Positions 50,495-60,756 of a stretch of 64,000 nt of DNA are shown in pieces. The stretch is from an uncultured Gemmatimonadales bacterium (lineage in GTDB: Bacteria; Gemmatimonadota; Gemmatimonadetes; Gemmatimonadales; GWC2-71-9): assembly GCA_963730185.1 (NCBI GenBank), contig CAVSQW010000014.1, positions 64,001 to 128,000 of the forward strand, read 5' to 3'. Position 1 is the stretch's first letter, and every line of letters starts with the position of its first letter. The position numbers and the translations under genes were made by a program. The notes under the pieces were generated by a model. It was not told the origin of the DNA and made no database searches. It saw only the letters and a list, made by a program, of their open reading frames with translations.

Positions 50495-52295
50495 TTCGCT
50501 GAAAGCCCCGCTGCTCGGCCTGGTCGCCGCGGCGGCGGTCGTGGTGCTCGGCGTGGAGGCGCTGTCCACCGCCGACCTGGTCGGGCAGCCGTCGATGCTC
50601 GGGCTCCTGGCGCTGGCCCTGGCGGCCGGCGGCGCGGTGACTCGGTCGGAATGGACGCCGGCCGCGCCGGCCCGGGCCTGGTCGCCGATGGAGCGGACCC
50701 TGGCCGCCCTCCTGGCCGGGATCGGGGTCGTCACGCTGGCCTTGGCCCTCCGGGCCCCGCCCAACACCTGGGACAGCATGACCTACCATCTCGCCCGGGT
50801 GGCGGAATGGTATGCCCACGGCAACGTTCGCTTCTATCCGACGGGGATCGACCGCCAGCTCTGGCAGCCGACGGCCGGCGAGTACCTGGTGTTGGCGGGT
50901 TACGGGGCTCTCGGGGGCCGCGACTGGCTGGCCAACCTGCCCCAGTGGCTCGCGGCCGCCGGGTCGGTCGCCGCGTGCGCCTGGATCACGGGGCTCCTGG
51001 GCGGCACCCGGCGGACCCGCCTTCTCGCCGCGGTCGTGGCTGCCCTGGTGCCGGCCCTCGTGCTCGAGGCCTCGTCGTCCCAGACCGATCTCCTCGCCAG
51101 CCTCTGGCTCCTGATTGCCACCGGGCTCCTGGTGGAGCGCTACACCGAGCGGGCCGGGAGGCGGAACGCGCTCTGGTTCGGCGCGGCGATCGGCCTGGCG
51201 GTAGCGACCAAGGGCACGGCCCTTCCGTTCGGGCTCCCGCTGGTGCTGGCTTATCTGGGACGCGACCTGGTCCGGCGTGACTGGTCCGGCGGGGCGCTGA
51301 CCCTCGCGGCCGTGGCGGGCGGCATTCTGGCGCTCGCGGGGGCCCAGCTCTTCCGGAACGCCGAGGTCTTCGGCGATCCGCTGGGACCGGCGTCGATCCG
51401 CCCGCTGCTCCGGCCGGCGTCGCTCTCGCCGCGGGTCATCCTGTCGAACGCCGTCACCAACCTGTCGCTTCACTTCGGAACCCCGTGGCCCGGCGTCAAC
51501 GAGGCGCTGACCCGGGCGGTCGCGGCGCTGCACCGCGCCCTCGGCCTGGACCTTCAGGCCCTCTATCCCTACTTCGGCGGGTTCCGGGTTCAGGCGTGGA
51601 GTACGCACGAGGATCTTGCCGGGAGCCCGTTCCACGTGGTTCTGGCCGCGCTGGCGTTGATCGCCATGGCCCGACGATGGCGGAGCCTCGGCGGCGCCGG
51701 ACGGGCCTACCTCGGCGTCGCCGTGAGCGGCGGAGTGCTGTTCGTGCTGGCCGTTCGCTGGCAGCCGTTCAACACTCGGTTGGCGCTCCCGGCCGCGCTG
51801 GCCGCGGCGCCGGCCATCGCGACCTGGCTCGATCGGCGGCGCCGGGGCGTCGTGCCAGTGGTCACGGCGGTCCTCTTGCTCGCGGCCCTGCCGGCCCTCG
51901 TCTGGAACTCGAGCCGGCCGCTCCTTCCGCCGCCGCCCGGCCTCGAAACGACCGCCACCCGGAGCGCGTTGACGGCCCGCCGCAGCGATCAATACTTCGT
52001 CAATCGTCCGGCCCTGACCCGGCCCTATCACGCCCTGATCGACACGCTCGGTCGGGGCGCCTGCCGGGCGGTCGCCCTGCAACTGGGCTACGACTCCTGG
52101 GAGTACCCGCTCTGGGTGCTCGGGCGCCCGGCCGGGCTCCACTTCGATCCGGTGATCGGGGGCCGGCTTCCGCCCGACGATTGCGCCCTGGTGTCGATCG
52201 ACATGCCACCAGATTGGCGGCCGGCGGGTTGGCCGGCCGGCCAGCCGCCGGTCTGGCGGGAGGGGCCGGTCGTGCTCTGGCGGGGCGGGTCGTAG
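50491..52295 (+). CDS. GT-C (ArnT/GT39-like) membrane glycosyltransferase; start uncertain
   Basis: '[12 protein letters not shown]', 'SSQTDL', 'ATKG', many TM helices, 'WEYPLW'; no clean in-frame ATG near the hslV stop. Confidence 0.7.
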
Positions 52296-52337
52296 CGCCT
52301 CGCCCCACCCGGGCAGGCGACCCGCTATTATCCGCCC

Positions 52338-53837
52338 ATGACGTCCTCTCCCGACACGGTGGCGCCTGCCCCGCCCGCCGACCCATCGCCCCCGGCCGAA
52401 CCGCTCCCCTGGCTGGAGGAAATGCCGCCCCGCCAGATCGTGGCGGAGCTGGATCGCTACATCGTGGGGCAGGACGCGGCCAAGAAGGCCATCGCCATCG
52501 CGGTCCGGAACCGCTGGCGCCGGTCCCAGGCGCCCGAGGCGATCCGAGACGAGATCACCCCGTCCAACCTGATCCTGATCGGCCCCACCGGGGTCGGGAA
52601 GACCGAGATCGCCCGCCGGCTGGCCCGGCTGGCCGGCGCCCCCTTCGTGAAGGTAGAGGCCTCCAAGTTCACCGAGGTCGGCTACGTCGGTCGCGACGTG
52701 GAGAGCATGATCCGGGACCTGGTCGACGCCGCCATCAACCTGGTCCGGAACGAGCGCGAGGACGAGGTGTTCGAGCAGGCCGAGCAGAAGGCCGACGAGC
52801 GGCTGCTCGACCTGCTCCTGCCGCCGGCGCCGCCGGCACCCAAGCCGCCGCCCTCGCCCGCCGGGAGCGAGTCCACCAAGCCGGGCCTCTTCGTGGTCTC
52901 GCCGTCGGGCCAGGCCAGCAAGGCCGAGCCGGAGCCCGAGGACGAGCGACGGCAGCGGTCCCGCGACAAGCTCAAGAAGCTCCTCCAGGACGGCAAGCTC
53001 GACGAGCGCGAGGTGGACCTCGAGGTCACGCCGCAGAACTACCCGCCGATGGACTTCATGCCCCAGCCGCCTCAGGGGATGGAAGGCCCCGACGTCAACT
53101 GGACCGAATGGCTCCAGGAGATGATGCCGAAGCGGAAGAAGCGCCGCACGGTGCGGGTGCCCGAGGCGCGGCGGATCCTGGTGGACGAGGAGCTCCGCCG
53201 GATGGTGGACATGGACGACGTGGTGAACGAGGCCTTGGATCGGGTGGAGAACCACGGGATCGTCTTCATCGACGAGATCGACAAGATTGCGGGCGACAAG
53301 CCGCAGACCGGCCCCGATATCTCGCGCGAGGGCGTGCAGCGCGATCTCCTCCCGATCGTCGAAGGCTCGACGGTCCAGACCCGCTACGGCTACGTCCGGA
53401 CCGACCACATCCTCTTCATCGCCGCGGGCGCCTTCCATGTGTCCAAGCCGTCGGACCTGATCCCCGAGCTGCAGGGGCGGTTTCCGATCCGGGTCGAGCT
53501 CACGCCCCTCACCGAAGCCGACTTCGTCCGGATCATGATCGAGCCCGAGAACTCGCTCACCAAGCAGTACCAGGCGCTGGTGTCGGCCGAAGGGGCCGAG
53601 CTGGACTTTCCGGAGGAAGGGGTGAAGGAGCTGGCCCGGATCGCGGCGATGGCCAACGAGCGGATGGAGAACATCGGCGCCCGGCGGCTCCACACCGTGA
53701 TGTCGAGCCTGATGGAGGAGGTGCTCTTCGAGCTGCCCGACTATCCGATCAAGAAGATCGTGATGGACGCCGGGGCGGTCCGGGAGCGGCTGATCAAGGT
53801 CATCAACGACGACGACCTGAGGAAGTACATCCTCTAG
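52338..53837 (+). CDS. hslU: ATP-dependent protease ATPase subunit
   Basis: 'GPTGVGKTEIARRLA', 'TEVGYVG', 'FIDEIDK', 'GRFPIRVEL', 'NIGARRL'. Confidence 0.96.
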   Translation: MTSSPDTVAPAPPADPSPPAEPLPWLEEMPPRQIVAELDRYIVGQDAAKKAIAIAVRNRWRRSQAPEAIRDEITPSNLILIGPTGVGKTEIARRLARLAGAPFVKVEASKFTEVGYVGRDVESMIRDLVDAAINLVRNEREDEVFEQAEQKADERLLDLLLPPAPPAPKPPPSPAGSESTKPGLFVVSPSGQASKAEPEPEDERRQRSRDKLKKLLQDGKLDEREVDLEVTPQNYPPMDFMPQPPQGMEGPDVNWTEWLQEMMPKRKKRRTVRVPEARRILVDEELRRMVDMDDVVNEALDRVENHGIVFIDEIDKIAGDKPQTGPDISREGVQRDLLPIVEGSTVQTRYGYVRTDHILFIAAGAFHVSKPSDLIPELQGRFPIRVELTPLTEADFVRIMIEPENSLTKQYQALVSAEGAELDFPEEGVKELARIAAMANERMENIGARRLHTVMSSLMEEVLFELPDYPIKKIVMDAGAVRERLIKVINDDDLRKYIL

Positions 53838-53870
53838 CCGCGGCCCCGAGGCCGCGCCGGCGCCCGGGAG

Positions 53871-54533
53871 CTATCGGGTTACCGACGTTGGCATCTCCGC
53901 GCTCCCCGACTCGATCACGAACACCACCCGCCGGTTGGACTCGGCGCCCGGCATGTCCCGGGACGCCCCCTTGTTCACCTGGCGGGTCTCGCCCATCCCG
54001 ACCGTCCGGACCGTGATGGCGCTCGACAGGCCGGCCTGTTTGAGGTAGTCGGCCACCTTGTCCGCCCGGTCCAGCGAGAGCTCGCGGTTGTAGGCCGCCG
54101 AGCCGGCCGGGTCGGCGAAGCCCTCGACCGTGACCGTGGAGCCGGCGTAGTGCCGGTTCACGACCTTGGCGAAGAGCTCGAGCTTGGGACGGTCCTGGGT
54201 CCGCACCGTCGCGTCGTCGAACGCGAAGGTCACCGGCATCGCGAACTGGAGCCCGTGCTCCAGCTGGGCGATCGTGGCGCCCACCGAGTCGCGCAGCATG
54301 TTCAGGTCGCGGCGCAGGCTGGCGACCTCCATCTTCACGCTGTCGACGTCGGTCTGGACGTCGTTGACCTTGGTGGTGAGCTCGGTGCGGACCGAGTTGT
54401 CGCCCGCGGTCCATTGGGTCTTGCTGGTATCCTGGGCCGCCTGAATCTGTTTCATGACGTACCCCTTGGTTGCGCACCCCGTGGCCGAGAGGCCGATCAG
54501 AGTGAGTGCCGCCCCCGCCCGCATGATGCCCAT
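53871..54533 (-). CDS. OmpA-family peptidoglycan-binding lipoprotein with coiled coil
   Basis: Lipobox ATGC; 'VEGFAD..GS..YN..LS..RA..V', 'NRRV'. Confidence 0.88.
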   Translation of the reverse strand: MGIMRAGAALTLIGLSATGCATKGYVMKQIQAAQDTSKTQWTAGDNSVRTELTTKVNDVQTDVDSVKMEVASLRRDLNMLRDSVGATIAQLEHGLQFAMPVTFAFDDATVRTQDRPKLELFAKVVNRHYAGSTVTVEGFADPAGSAAYNRELSLDRADKVADYLKQAGLSSAITVRTVGMGETRQVNKGASRDMPGAESNRRVVFVIESGSAEMPTSVTR

Positions 54534-54645
54534 GAGTCGTCTCCTCCCGTTGACGCACTTTCGAACAGTCGCGTTCGCTTGGCCTTCGTACACAGGGAGA
54601 GACGAACGACCGGCAGAATGATGGACGTCCGGCGGGGATGGCGGG

Positions 54646-55056
54646 CTACCGGCGGGTGCGGATCCAGAGGATCAGGGTGGCCAACGAGACCCCGAGCGCC
54701 AGGAAGAGCGCCCGGGGCCAGACGCCGTGCAGCGCGAAGGCCGAGGTGGCGCCGAAGCTCAGCACGATGGCCGAGATCGCGACGGTCTTGGCGCGGACCG
54801 ACATCGCCCGGTGGAGCCGCCAGTCGCGGACCACCGGGCCGAAGACGGGATGGCTCAGGAGGCGATCGTAGAAGTGGGTGGAGGCCCGGGCATAGCAGGC
54901 GGCGGCCAGGATCAGGAACACCGTGGTGGGCATCACCGGGAGAAAGGCGCCGATCACGCCGAGCCCGATGAAGACGTGGCCGGCGACCAGGAGCACGGTC
55001 CGGGTGGCCCGCGAGCTCGCGAGCGCGACGTCCTGGCGCTGGTCGTTGGCAGCCAT
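54646..55056 (-). CDS. YbaN/DUF454 membrane protein
   Basis: 'GVIGAFLPVMPTTVFLILAAACY', 'HPVFGP'. Confidence 0.88.
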   Translation of the reverse strand: MAANDQRQDVALASSRATRTVLLVAGHVFIGLGVIGAFLPVMPTTVFLILAAACYARASTHFYDRLLSHPVFGPVVRDWRLHRAMSVRAKTVAISAIVLSFGATSAFALHGVWPRALFLALGVSLATLILWIRTRR

Positions 55057-55157
55057 CGTGAATCCCCGCCCCCTCGAAACCCGTCGGGTCCGGCAGTATA
55101 ATCGAACCAGATCCCGATTCACACGCCGTCGGATGCCTTCACCCGGAGTCAGGCCCT

Positions 55158-56591
55158 ATGCGCCCTCGAGCCCTCCAGGCCGTTCTCGTGCTGCCCCTCG
55201 CCCTGGGCCTGAGCCCGGCCCTCACCGCCCAGCGGCCGACGCTGAGTCCCCAGGCCCGCCAGTTCGTCTCGGTCGACGATCCGGTGATCGCGATCACCAA
55301 CGTCCGGGTGATCGACGGGACCGGGGCCGCGCCGGTCGAAGGACAGACCGTGGTGCTTCGGGACGGGAAGATCGCGGCCGTGGGGGGCTCGGTCTCGGTC
55401 CCGGCCGGCGCCCGCACCATCGACGGATCCGGCAAGACGCTCCTCCCCGGCCTCTTCGGACTCCACGACCACAGCTACTACACCACCTCGGCCGGCCGGG
55501 TGGTGCAGTCCAGCTTCACCGCGCCGATGATGTACCTGGCCAGCGGGGTCACCACCATCCGGACCACCGGCGCCAACAATCCGTATGCCGAGATCAATCT
55601 CAAGAAGGCGGTCGACCGGGGTGACCTGCCGGGCCCGACGATGTTCATCACCGGCCCCTACATCACCGGGCCGGGCACTGGCGCGGGCAGCGCGATGACC
55701 ACGGTGGAGACCGCGGAGGAGGCCAGGCGGGTGGTGGCCTACTGGGCCGGTGAGGGTGTTTCCTGGCTCAAGTTCTACACCACCATCAACCGAGAGGCGA
55801 TGAAGGCCGCGATCGACGAGGCCCACAAGCACGGGGTCAAGTTCACCGGCCACCTCTGCTCGGTCCCGTATCGCGACGCGGTGGCCTTCGGGATCGACGG
55901 CCTCGAGCATGGGCTCTTCGCCAACTCCGACTACGACAAGACCCGCCAGGCCGATCGCTGCTCGCCCAACCTGTTCCGGAGCTTCACCAACCTCGACGTC
56001 GGGAGCGACGAGGTGAAGGGGACGTTCAAGGACCTGATCGATCATCAGGTCGCCCTGACCTCCACCCTGGTGGTGTACGAGCTGTTCGTCGCCAATCGCC
56101 CGCCGCTCGATCCCCGGGTGCTGGACGCCATGTCGACGGACGCCAAGAACGAGTACCTGACCTCGCGGAGCCGGATCGCCGAGAGCCCGGGCAACGGCAT
56201 CCCGCTCGAGGTCTTCAAGAAGGGGATGGAGTACGAGCTGGCGTTCTTCCGGGCCGGCGGGCTCCTGGCCTCGGGAGTGGATCCCACCGGCAACGGCGGC
56301 GCGCTCTTCGGGCTGGGCGACCAGCGGAACATCGAGCTCCTGGTCGAGGCCGGCTTCACGCCGGTCGAGGCCATCCAGGTGGCGAGCTCGAACGGCGCCA
56401 AGGCGCTGGGCGTGTTCGACCGGGCCGGATCGATCGCGGTGGGCAAGACCGCCGACCTGGTCCTGATCGCCGGTAACCCGGCAGCCGACATCTCCGACGT
56501 CCGGAAGGTCGAGACCGTCTTCAAGGGCGGGGTGGGCTTCGACTCCGCCAAGATGCTGGCCGCGACCCGCGGGTTGGTCGGGGTGAGGTGA
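55158..56591 (+). CDS. secreted amidohydrolase
   Basis: 'PGLFGLHDH', 'SGVTTIRT', 'GSIAVGKTADLVL'. Confidence 0.88.
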   Translation: MRPRALQAVLVLPLALGLSPALTAQRPTLSPQARQFVSVDDPVIAITNVRVIDGTGAAPVEGQTVVLRDGKIAAVGGSVSVPAGARTIDGSGKTLLPGLFGLHDHSYYTTSAGRVVQSSFTAPMMYLASGVTTIRTTGANNPYAEINLKKAVDRGDLPGPTMFITGPYITGPGTGAGSAMTTVETAEEARRVVAYWAGEGVSWLKFYTTINREAMKAAIDEAHKHGVKFTGHLCSVPYRDAVAFGIDGLEHGLFANSDYDKTRQADRCSPNLFRSFTNLDVGSDEVKGTFKDLIDHQVALTSTLVVYELFVANRPPLDPRVLDAMSTDAKNEYLTSRSRIAESPGNGIPLEVFKKGMEYELAFFRAGGLLASGVDPTGNGGALFGLGDQRNIELLVEAGFTPVEAIQVASSNGAKALGVFDRAGSIAVGKTADLVLIAGNPAADISDVRKVETVFKGGVGFDSAKMLAATRGLVGVR

Positions 56592-56640
56592 TGGGAGGGG
56601 TGGGACCTGGGGGGACGGGGCGGGACGGGGAGGGGGGACC
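56586..56640. repeat. G-rich low-complexity tract at the 5' end of the crotonase gene
   Basis: GGGACGGGGCGGGACGGGGAGGGG (56612-56635) matches 57367-57390 at 22/24 positions. Confidence 0.7.
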
Positions 56641-57403
56641 TGACCAGGTCCGGGTTCGGCGGGATGGAGGGATCGTCCGGGTCGCTCTCGATCGGGCGGC
56701 GAAGCGGAATGCCCAGACGCTCGAGATGTGGGAGGCGCTGCGGCGGATCGGGGCGGAGCTGACCCTCGATCCGTCGGTCCGGGTGGTCGTCGTCGGCGGG
56801 GAAGGAGCGGTCTTCTCGGCCGGCATCGATCTCGACCTCCTGGCCGAGCAGGCCTCGGGCACCGGACGCTCCCTGCCGGCGGTGGAGCTGGTCCAGCAGG
56901 CGTTCACCTGGCTCCGGGACGGGCACTTCGTGTCGGTCGCGGCGGTCCAGGGCGCCGCGATCGGCGCGGGGATGCAGCTCGCGCTCGCCTGCGACCTCCG
57001 TATTCTCACCGAGCGGGCGGTGATGGCGCTGCCGGAGATCGAGTTCGGGATCTTTCCCGATCTGGGCGGCTGCGCCTGGCTGCCCGAGCTGGTCGGGACG
57101 TCGCGGGCCAAGGAGCTGATCCTCACCGGGCGCCGGATCGGCGCGGCCGAAGCCCTCCAGCTGGGACTCGCCAACCGAGTGGTGCCCGAGGCCGAGCTCC
57201 GGGGGGCCGTCGACGCCCTCGCCGGCCAGCTGGCAGAGCGGTCGCCGCTCGCCGTCCACGCGGTCAAGCGCGCTGTCGCGGCAGCGGTGATCTCACCGGA
57301 GGCGGCCCTCAGGGTCTCCGCCGAAGCGATCCGCCGGTGCCTGGCCTCGGAGGAGTTTCGCGAGGCGGGACGGGGCGGAACGGGGAGAGGTAGGGCGGGA
57401 TAG
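56588..57403 (+). CDS. enoyl-CoA hydratase/isomerase (crotonase) family
   Basis: 'FSAGIDL', 'GAAIGAGMQLALACD', 'PEIEFG..P..GG', 'AKELILTG'. Confidence 0.9.
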   Translation: MMGGVGPGGTGRDGEGGPDQVRVRRDGGIVRVALDRAAKRNAQTLEMWEALRRIGAELTLDPSVRVVVVGGEGAVFSAGIDLDLLAEQASGTGRSLPAVELVQQAFTWLRDGHFVSVAAVQGAAIGAGMQLALACDLRILTERAVMALPEIEFGIFPDLGGCAWLPELVGTSRAKELILTGRRIGAAEALQLGLANRVVPEAELRGAVDALAGQLAERSPLAVHAVKRAVAAAVISPEAALRVSAEAIRRCLASEEFREAGRGGTGRGRAG

Positions 57404-57488
57404 AGACCCCACGCCGGTGCTCCCATCCCTCCCCATCTCTCCCCATCCCCCCGGTCCCGCCCCCCTTCCGCCCTCCCCCCGGTCCCAC
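57363..57488. repeat. G-rich then C-rich tract with about 10-bp periodicity at the 3' end of the crotonase gene
   Basis: G-rich copy at 57367-57390, then CCCATCCCT CCCCATCTCT CCCCATCCCC ... GGTCCCAC. Confidence 0.7.
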
Positions 57489-57564
57489 TATCCTCTAGTC
57501 TGCCATTTTGACGTGCCGGTGACGCCGGCGTAACCGACGATCCCACAACGTGGTAGCTCAACTC

Positions 57565-58674
57565 ATGACCGACTCCGAGGCCCTGCGCCGTACTCCGCTC
57601 GCCGACCACCACAAGGCCCTCGGCGGGAAGATGGTCCCTTTCGCCGGCTGGGAGATGCCGGTGCAGTACCAGGCCGGCATTCTGGCGGAGCACAAGGCGG
57701 TGCGGAGCGGGGTCGGCGTGTTCGACGTTTCGCACATGGGCGAGTTCGAGATCACCGGCCCCGATCGGAACGCGTTCGCCAACCGGATCACCTGTAACGA
57801 CGTCGGAGCGCTCGCTCCGGGTCAGGTCCAGTACTCGGCCATTTTGACCAAGGAGGGCACCTTCGTCGACGACTGCACGGTCTATCGGTTCGACGACAAG
57901 CTGATGGTGGTGGTCAATGCGGCCAACCGGGCCAAGGCCTGGGCCTACGTGGTGGGGCTCAAGGGGGGTGCCAACGTCCGGCTCCGCGACATCTCGGACG
58001 ACATCGGCCTCCTCGCCGTCCAGGGGCCCAAGACCGAGGCGATGCTCCAGCCGCTGGCGGACCGCTCGCTGCCCGACATCGGCTACTACCACCATACCGC
58101 TGGGCGGATCGGCGGGGTGGACTGCTTCATTTCGCGGACCGGGTACACCGGCGAGGACGGCTTCGAGCTTTACTGCCGCTGGCGAGACACGGTGCCGCTC
58201 TGGGAGGCGGTGATCGGCGCGGGAGCCCAGCCGATCGGGCTCGGGGCTCGCGACTCGCTCCGGCTCGAGATGGGCTACGCCCTCTATGGGCAGGAGATCG
58301 ACGACAACATAACTCCGCTCGAAGCCGGGCTTGGGTGGATTCTCAAGCTCGACAAGGGCGCGCCGTTCCCGGGGCGGGAGGCCCTCCGGGCCCAGAAGCA
58401 GCGGGGCGTGAGCCGGAAGCTGGTTGGGTTCAAGCTCGACGGGCGGGGGATCGCCCGGCCGGGGTACCCGGTCTGGCACGAGGGCAAGCAGGTGGACCAG
58501 GTCCGGAGCGGGGGCCAGAGTCCGTCGCTCGGTTATGCCATCGGGACCACGTTTCTCCCGGCCGGGGCGGCCAAGGTGGGGACCCGGTTCGAGGTGGAGT
58601 GCCGGGGCGAGCGCATTCCGGCCGAGGTGGTCAAGCGTCCGTTCTGGACCGAGGGCAGTGTCCACAAACGTTAG
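57565..58674 (+). CDS. gcvT: glycine cleavage system aminomethyltransferase T
   Basis: 'FAGWEMPVQY', 'FDVSHMGE', 'SRTGYTGEDGFE', 'GLGARDSLRLE'. Confidence 0.96.
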   Translation: MTDSEALRRTPLADHHKALGGKMVPFAGWEMPVQYQAGILAEHKAVRSGVGVFDVSHMGEFEITGPDRNAFANRITCNDVGALAPGQVQYSAILTKEGTFVDDCTVYRFDDKLMVVVNAANRAKAWAYVVGLKGGANVRLRDISDDIGLLAVQGPKTEAMLQPLADRSLPDIGYYHHTAGRIGGVDCFISRTGYTGEDGFELYCRWRDTVPLWEAVIGAGAQPIGLGARDSLRLEMGYALYGQEIDDNITPLEAGLGWILKLDKGAPFPGREALRAQKQRGVSRKLVGFKLDGRGIARPGYPVWHEGKQVDQVRSGGQSPSLGYAIGTTFLPAGAAKVGTRFEVECRGERIPAEVVKRPFWTEGSVHKR

Positions 58675-59149
58675 GCTCGCGATCCTCACCGTGTCCGACG
58701 CCGGCGCGCGGGGGGAGCGCGCGGACACGTCGGGCGACGCGATCGCCGCCTGGGCTCGGGAGCGGGGGTTCGTGGAAACGGCGCGGACGCTGGTGCCCGA
58801 CGAGGTGACGCGGATCGTCTCGACCCTCCTCGGCTGGGCCGACGGCGGGGCGGTCGACGTCGTGATCACCACCGGCGGAACCGGGCTCACCGCCCGGGAC
58901 GTGACCCCCGAAGCGACCCGCGCGGTGCTGGAGCGGGAGGCCCCCGGGATCGCCGAGGCGATCCGGATGGCCGCGTGGCCGCGGTTCCCGAGAGCGGCGC
59001 TCTCCCGGGGGCTGGCCGGTACCCGGGCCCGGACCCTGATCGTGAACCTGCCGGGCAGCCCGGGAGGCGTTCGCGACGGCCTCGCGGTCCTGGCTCCGCT
59101 GGTGGAGCACGCGGTCGAGCTCCTCCGGGGCGACCACCCGGGGCACTGA
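58658..59149 (+). CDS. mog: molybdopterin adenylyltransferase Mog/MoaB
   Basis: 'ILTVSD', 'TTGGTGLTARDVTPEA', 'LSRG', 'NLPGSP'. Confidence 0.88.
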   Translation: MSTNVRLAILTVSDAGARGERADTSGDAIAAWARERGFVETARTLVPDEVTRIVSTLLGWADGGAVDVVITTGGTGLTARDVTPEATRAVLEREAPGIAEAIRMAAWPRFPRAALSRGLAGTRARTLIVNLPGSPGGVRDGLAVLAPLVEHAVELLRGDHPGH

Positions 59150-59152
59150 CCG

Positions 59153-60652
59153 ATGGCCGACATCGTCCTCACCCTCGCCGACCTGGAGACGGCGGTTCCC
59201 CTCAACGCGGCCCTCGAGGCCGCCGGCTATGCCACCGCGCTGGTCTCCGCGGTCGACGACGCCCGGGCCACGGTGCGGCGGGAGCAGCCCGATCTGGTCA
59301 TCCTGAGCGGGGCCGTCTACGAGCCGCCTACTCTCGACCTGGTCGCCTACGCGCGGGACCTGGAGGCCTACACCCTCGCCCTGATCGAGCCGACCGACTC
59401 CGAGCGGGGCGAGCGGATCGCCCGGCTCGGCGCGACCGAGATTCTCACCAAGCCGGTTTCGGTGGAGGACACGGTTGCCACGGCGCGCCGGTTGGTGGAG
59501 AGCCGACGGCTCCAGCAGCGGATCGGGATCATCGGGCAGAGCGGGGCCATCCACGAGGTATTGGTCAAGATCGAGCAGATGGCGCCGGTCTCGACTACGG
59601 TGCTGATCCAGGGAGAGTCGGGCACCGGCAAGGAGTTGGTCGCCAAGGGGCTGCACGACCTCTCCCCCCGGCGGGGCAAGCCGTTCGTCCCGGTCAGCTG
59701 CGCCGCACTCACGGAGACATTGCTCGAGTCGGAGCTCTTCGGACACGAGAAGGGGGCTTTCACGGGCGCGGCCGAGCGACGGCTGGGACGGTTCGAGCTG
59801 GCGGACAAGGGCACCATCTTTCTCGACGAGATCGGCGAGATCCCGGCCAGCACCCAGGTCAAGCTGCTCCGGGTGCTCGAAGCCCGGAACTTCTTCCGGG
59901 TGGGGGGCACCCAATCGATCAAGGTCGACGTCCGAGTCATCGCGGCGACCAACAAGTCGCTCAAGGAGTCGGTGGCGCTGGGGGAGTTTCGCGAGGACCT
60001 CTACTACCGGCTGAGCGTCCTGAACGTCTATCTGCCTCCGCTGCGCGAGCGCCGGGAGGACATCCCGCTCCTGGTCAAGCGGTTCATCAGGGAGTTTTCC
60101 AAGGCTCACGATCGGCAGTTCCGGGGCATCGCCACCGAGGCGATGCATCGTCTGATCGAGGCCCCCTGGCCGGGCAACGTTCGCCAGCTCCGGAATCTGA
60201 TCGAGTCGATGGTGGTGCTGGCTCCGGGCACGGAGATCCGGGCGTCCGATATCCCCGGCGATGTGTTGGAGGGGGCCCACACGTTGCTGCCCGTCCTCGC
60301 CAGTCAGGCGCCTCGGGCGCCGGGTACCCAGGAGCTGGAGTTCATCCTCCGCAACCTCATGGATTTGCGCTTGCAGGTCGAAGAGTTGCGCCGACGGCTC
60401 GATGAGCGGCCTTCCAAGGTCCAAGTCATCGAGATTCCGGAGGCGTCGTTCACACCTTTGCACGAGGTCGTGCCAGACGTTGCACCGCCGGAGGTGCTCT
60501 ATCGGTCTGGCATGACTATGGCTGACGTTGAAAAGGCGACAATCGAGGCCGCGCTGAAGGAGTCAAAGGGGAACCGACGTCAGGCGGCTGCAAAGCTCGG
60601 AATCGGCGAACGAACGCTCTATCGGAAGATCAAGGAATTCGCCCTCGGGTGA
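59153..60652 (+). CDS. sigma54 enhancer-binding protein with atypical (pseudo-)receiver
   Basis: GESGTGKE, intact GAFTGA, FLDEI, WPGNVR, HTH; receiver reads 'PDLVILSG' with no phospho-acceptor Asp. Confidence 0.88.
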   Translation: MADIVLTLADLETAVPLNAALEAAGYATALVSAVDDARATVRREQPDLVILSGAVYEPPTLDLVAYARDLEAYTLALIEPTDSERGERIARLGATEILTKPVSVEDTVATARRLVESRRLQQRIGIIGQSGAIHEVLVKIEQMAPVSTTVLIQGESGTGKELVAKGLHDLSPRRGKPFVPVSCAALTETLLESELFGHEKGAFTGAAERRLGRFELADKGTIFLDEIGEIPASTQVKLLRVLEARNFFRVGGTQSIKVDVRVIAATNKSLKESVALGEFREDLYYRLSVLNVYLPPLRERREDIPLLVKRFIREFSKAHDRQFRGIATEAMHRLIEAPWPGNVRQLRNLIESMVVLAPGTEIRASDIPGDVLEGAHTLLPVLASQAPRAPGTQELEFILRNLMDLRLQVEELRRRLDERPSKVQVIEIPEASFTPLHEVVPDVAPPEVLYRSGMTMADVEKATIEAALKESKGNRRQAAAKLGIGERTLYRKIKEFALG

Positions 60653-60756
60653 AAGCGGAGGTGTAAAAGTTTGAGGCACTTGGCCGCCTTGACTTTGCAA
60701 ATCGCCGCGGCGAACGTTTCGAAGTTCGGTCACGACTCTTATCTGAGGCCGGGGAC

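Noticed and set aside
57404..57564. Glycine riboswitch before gcvT
   Set aside because: The region is a C-rich repeat with no GGAGA/CTCTCAGG aptamer motifs.
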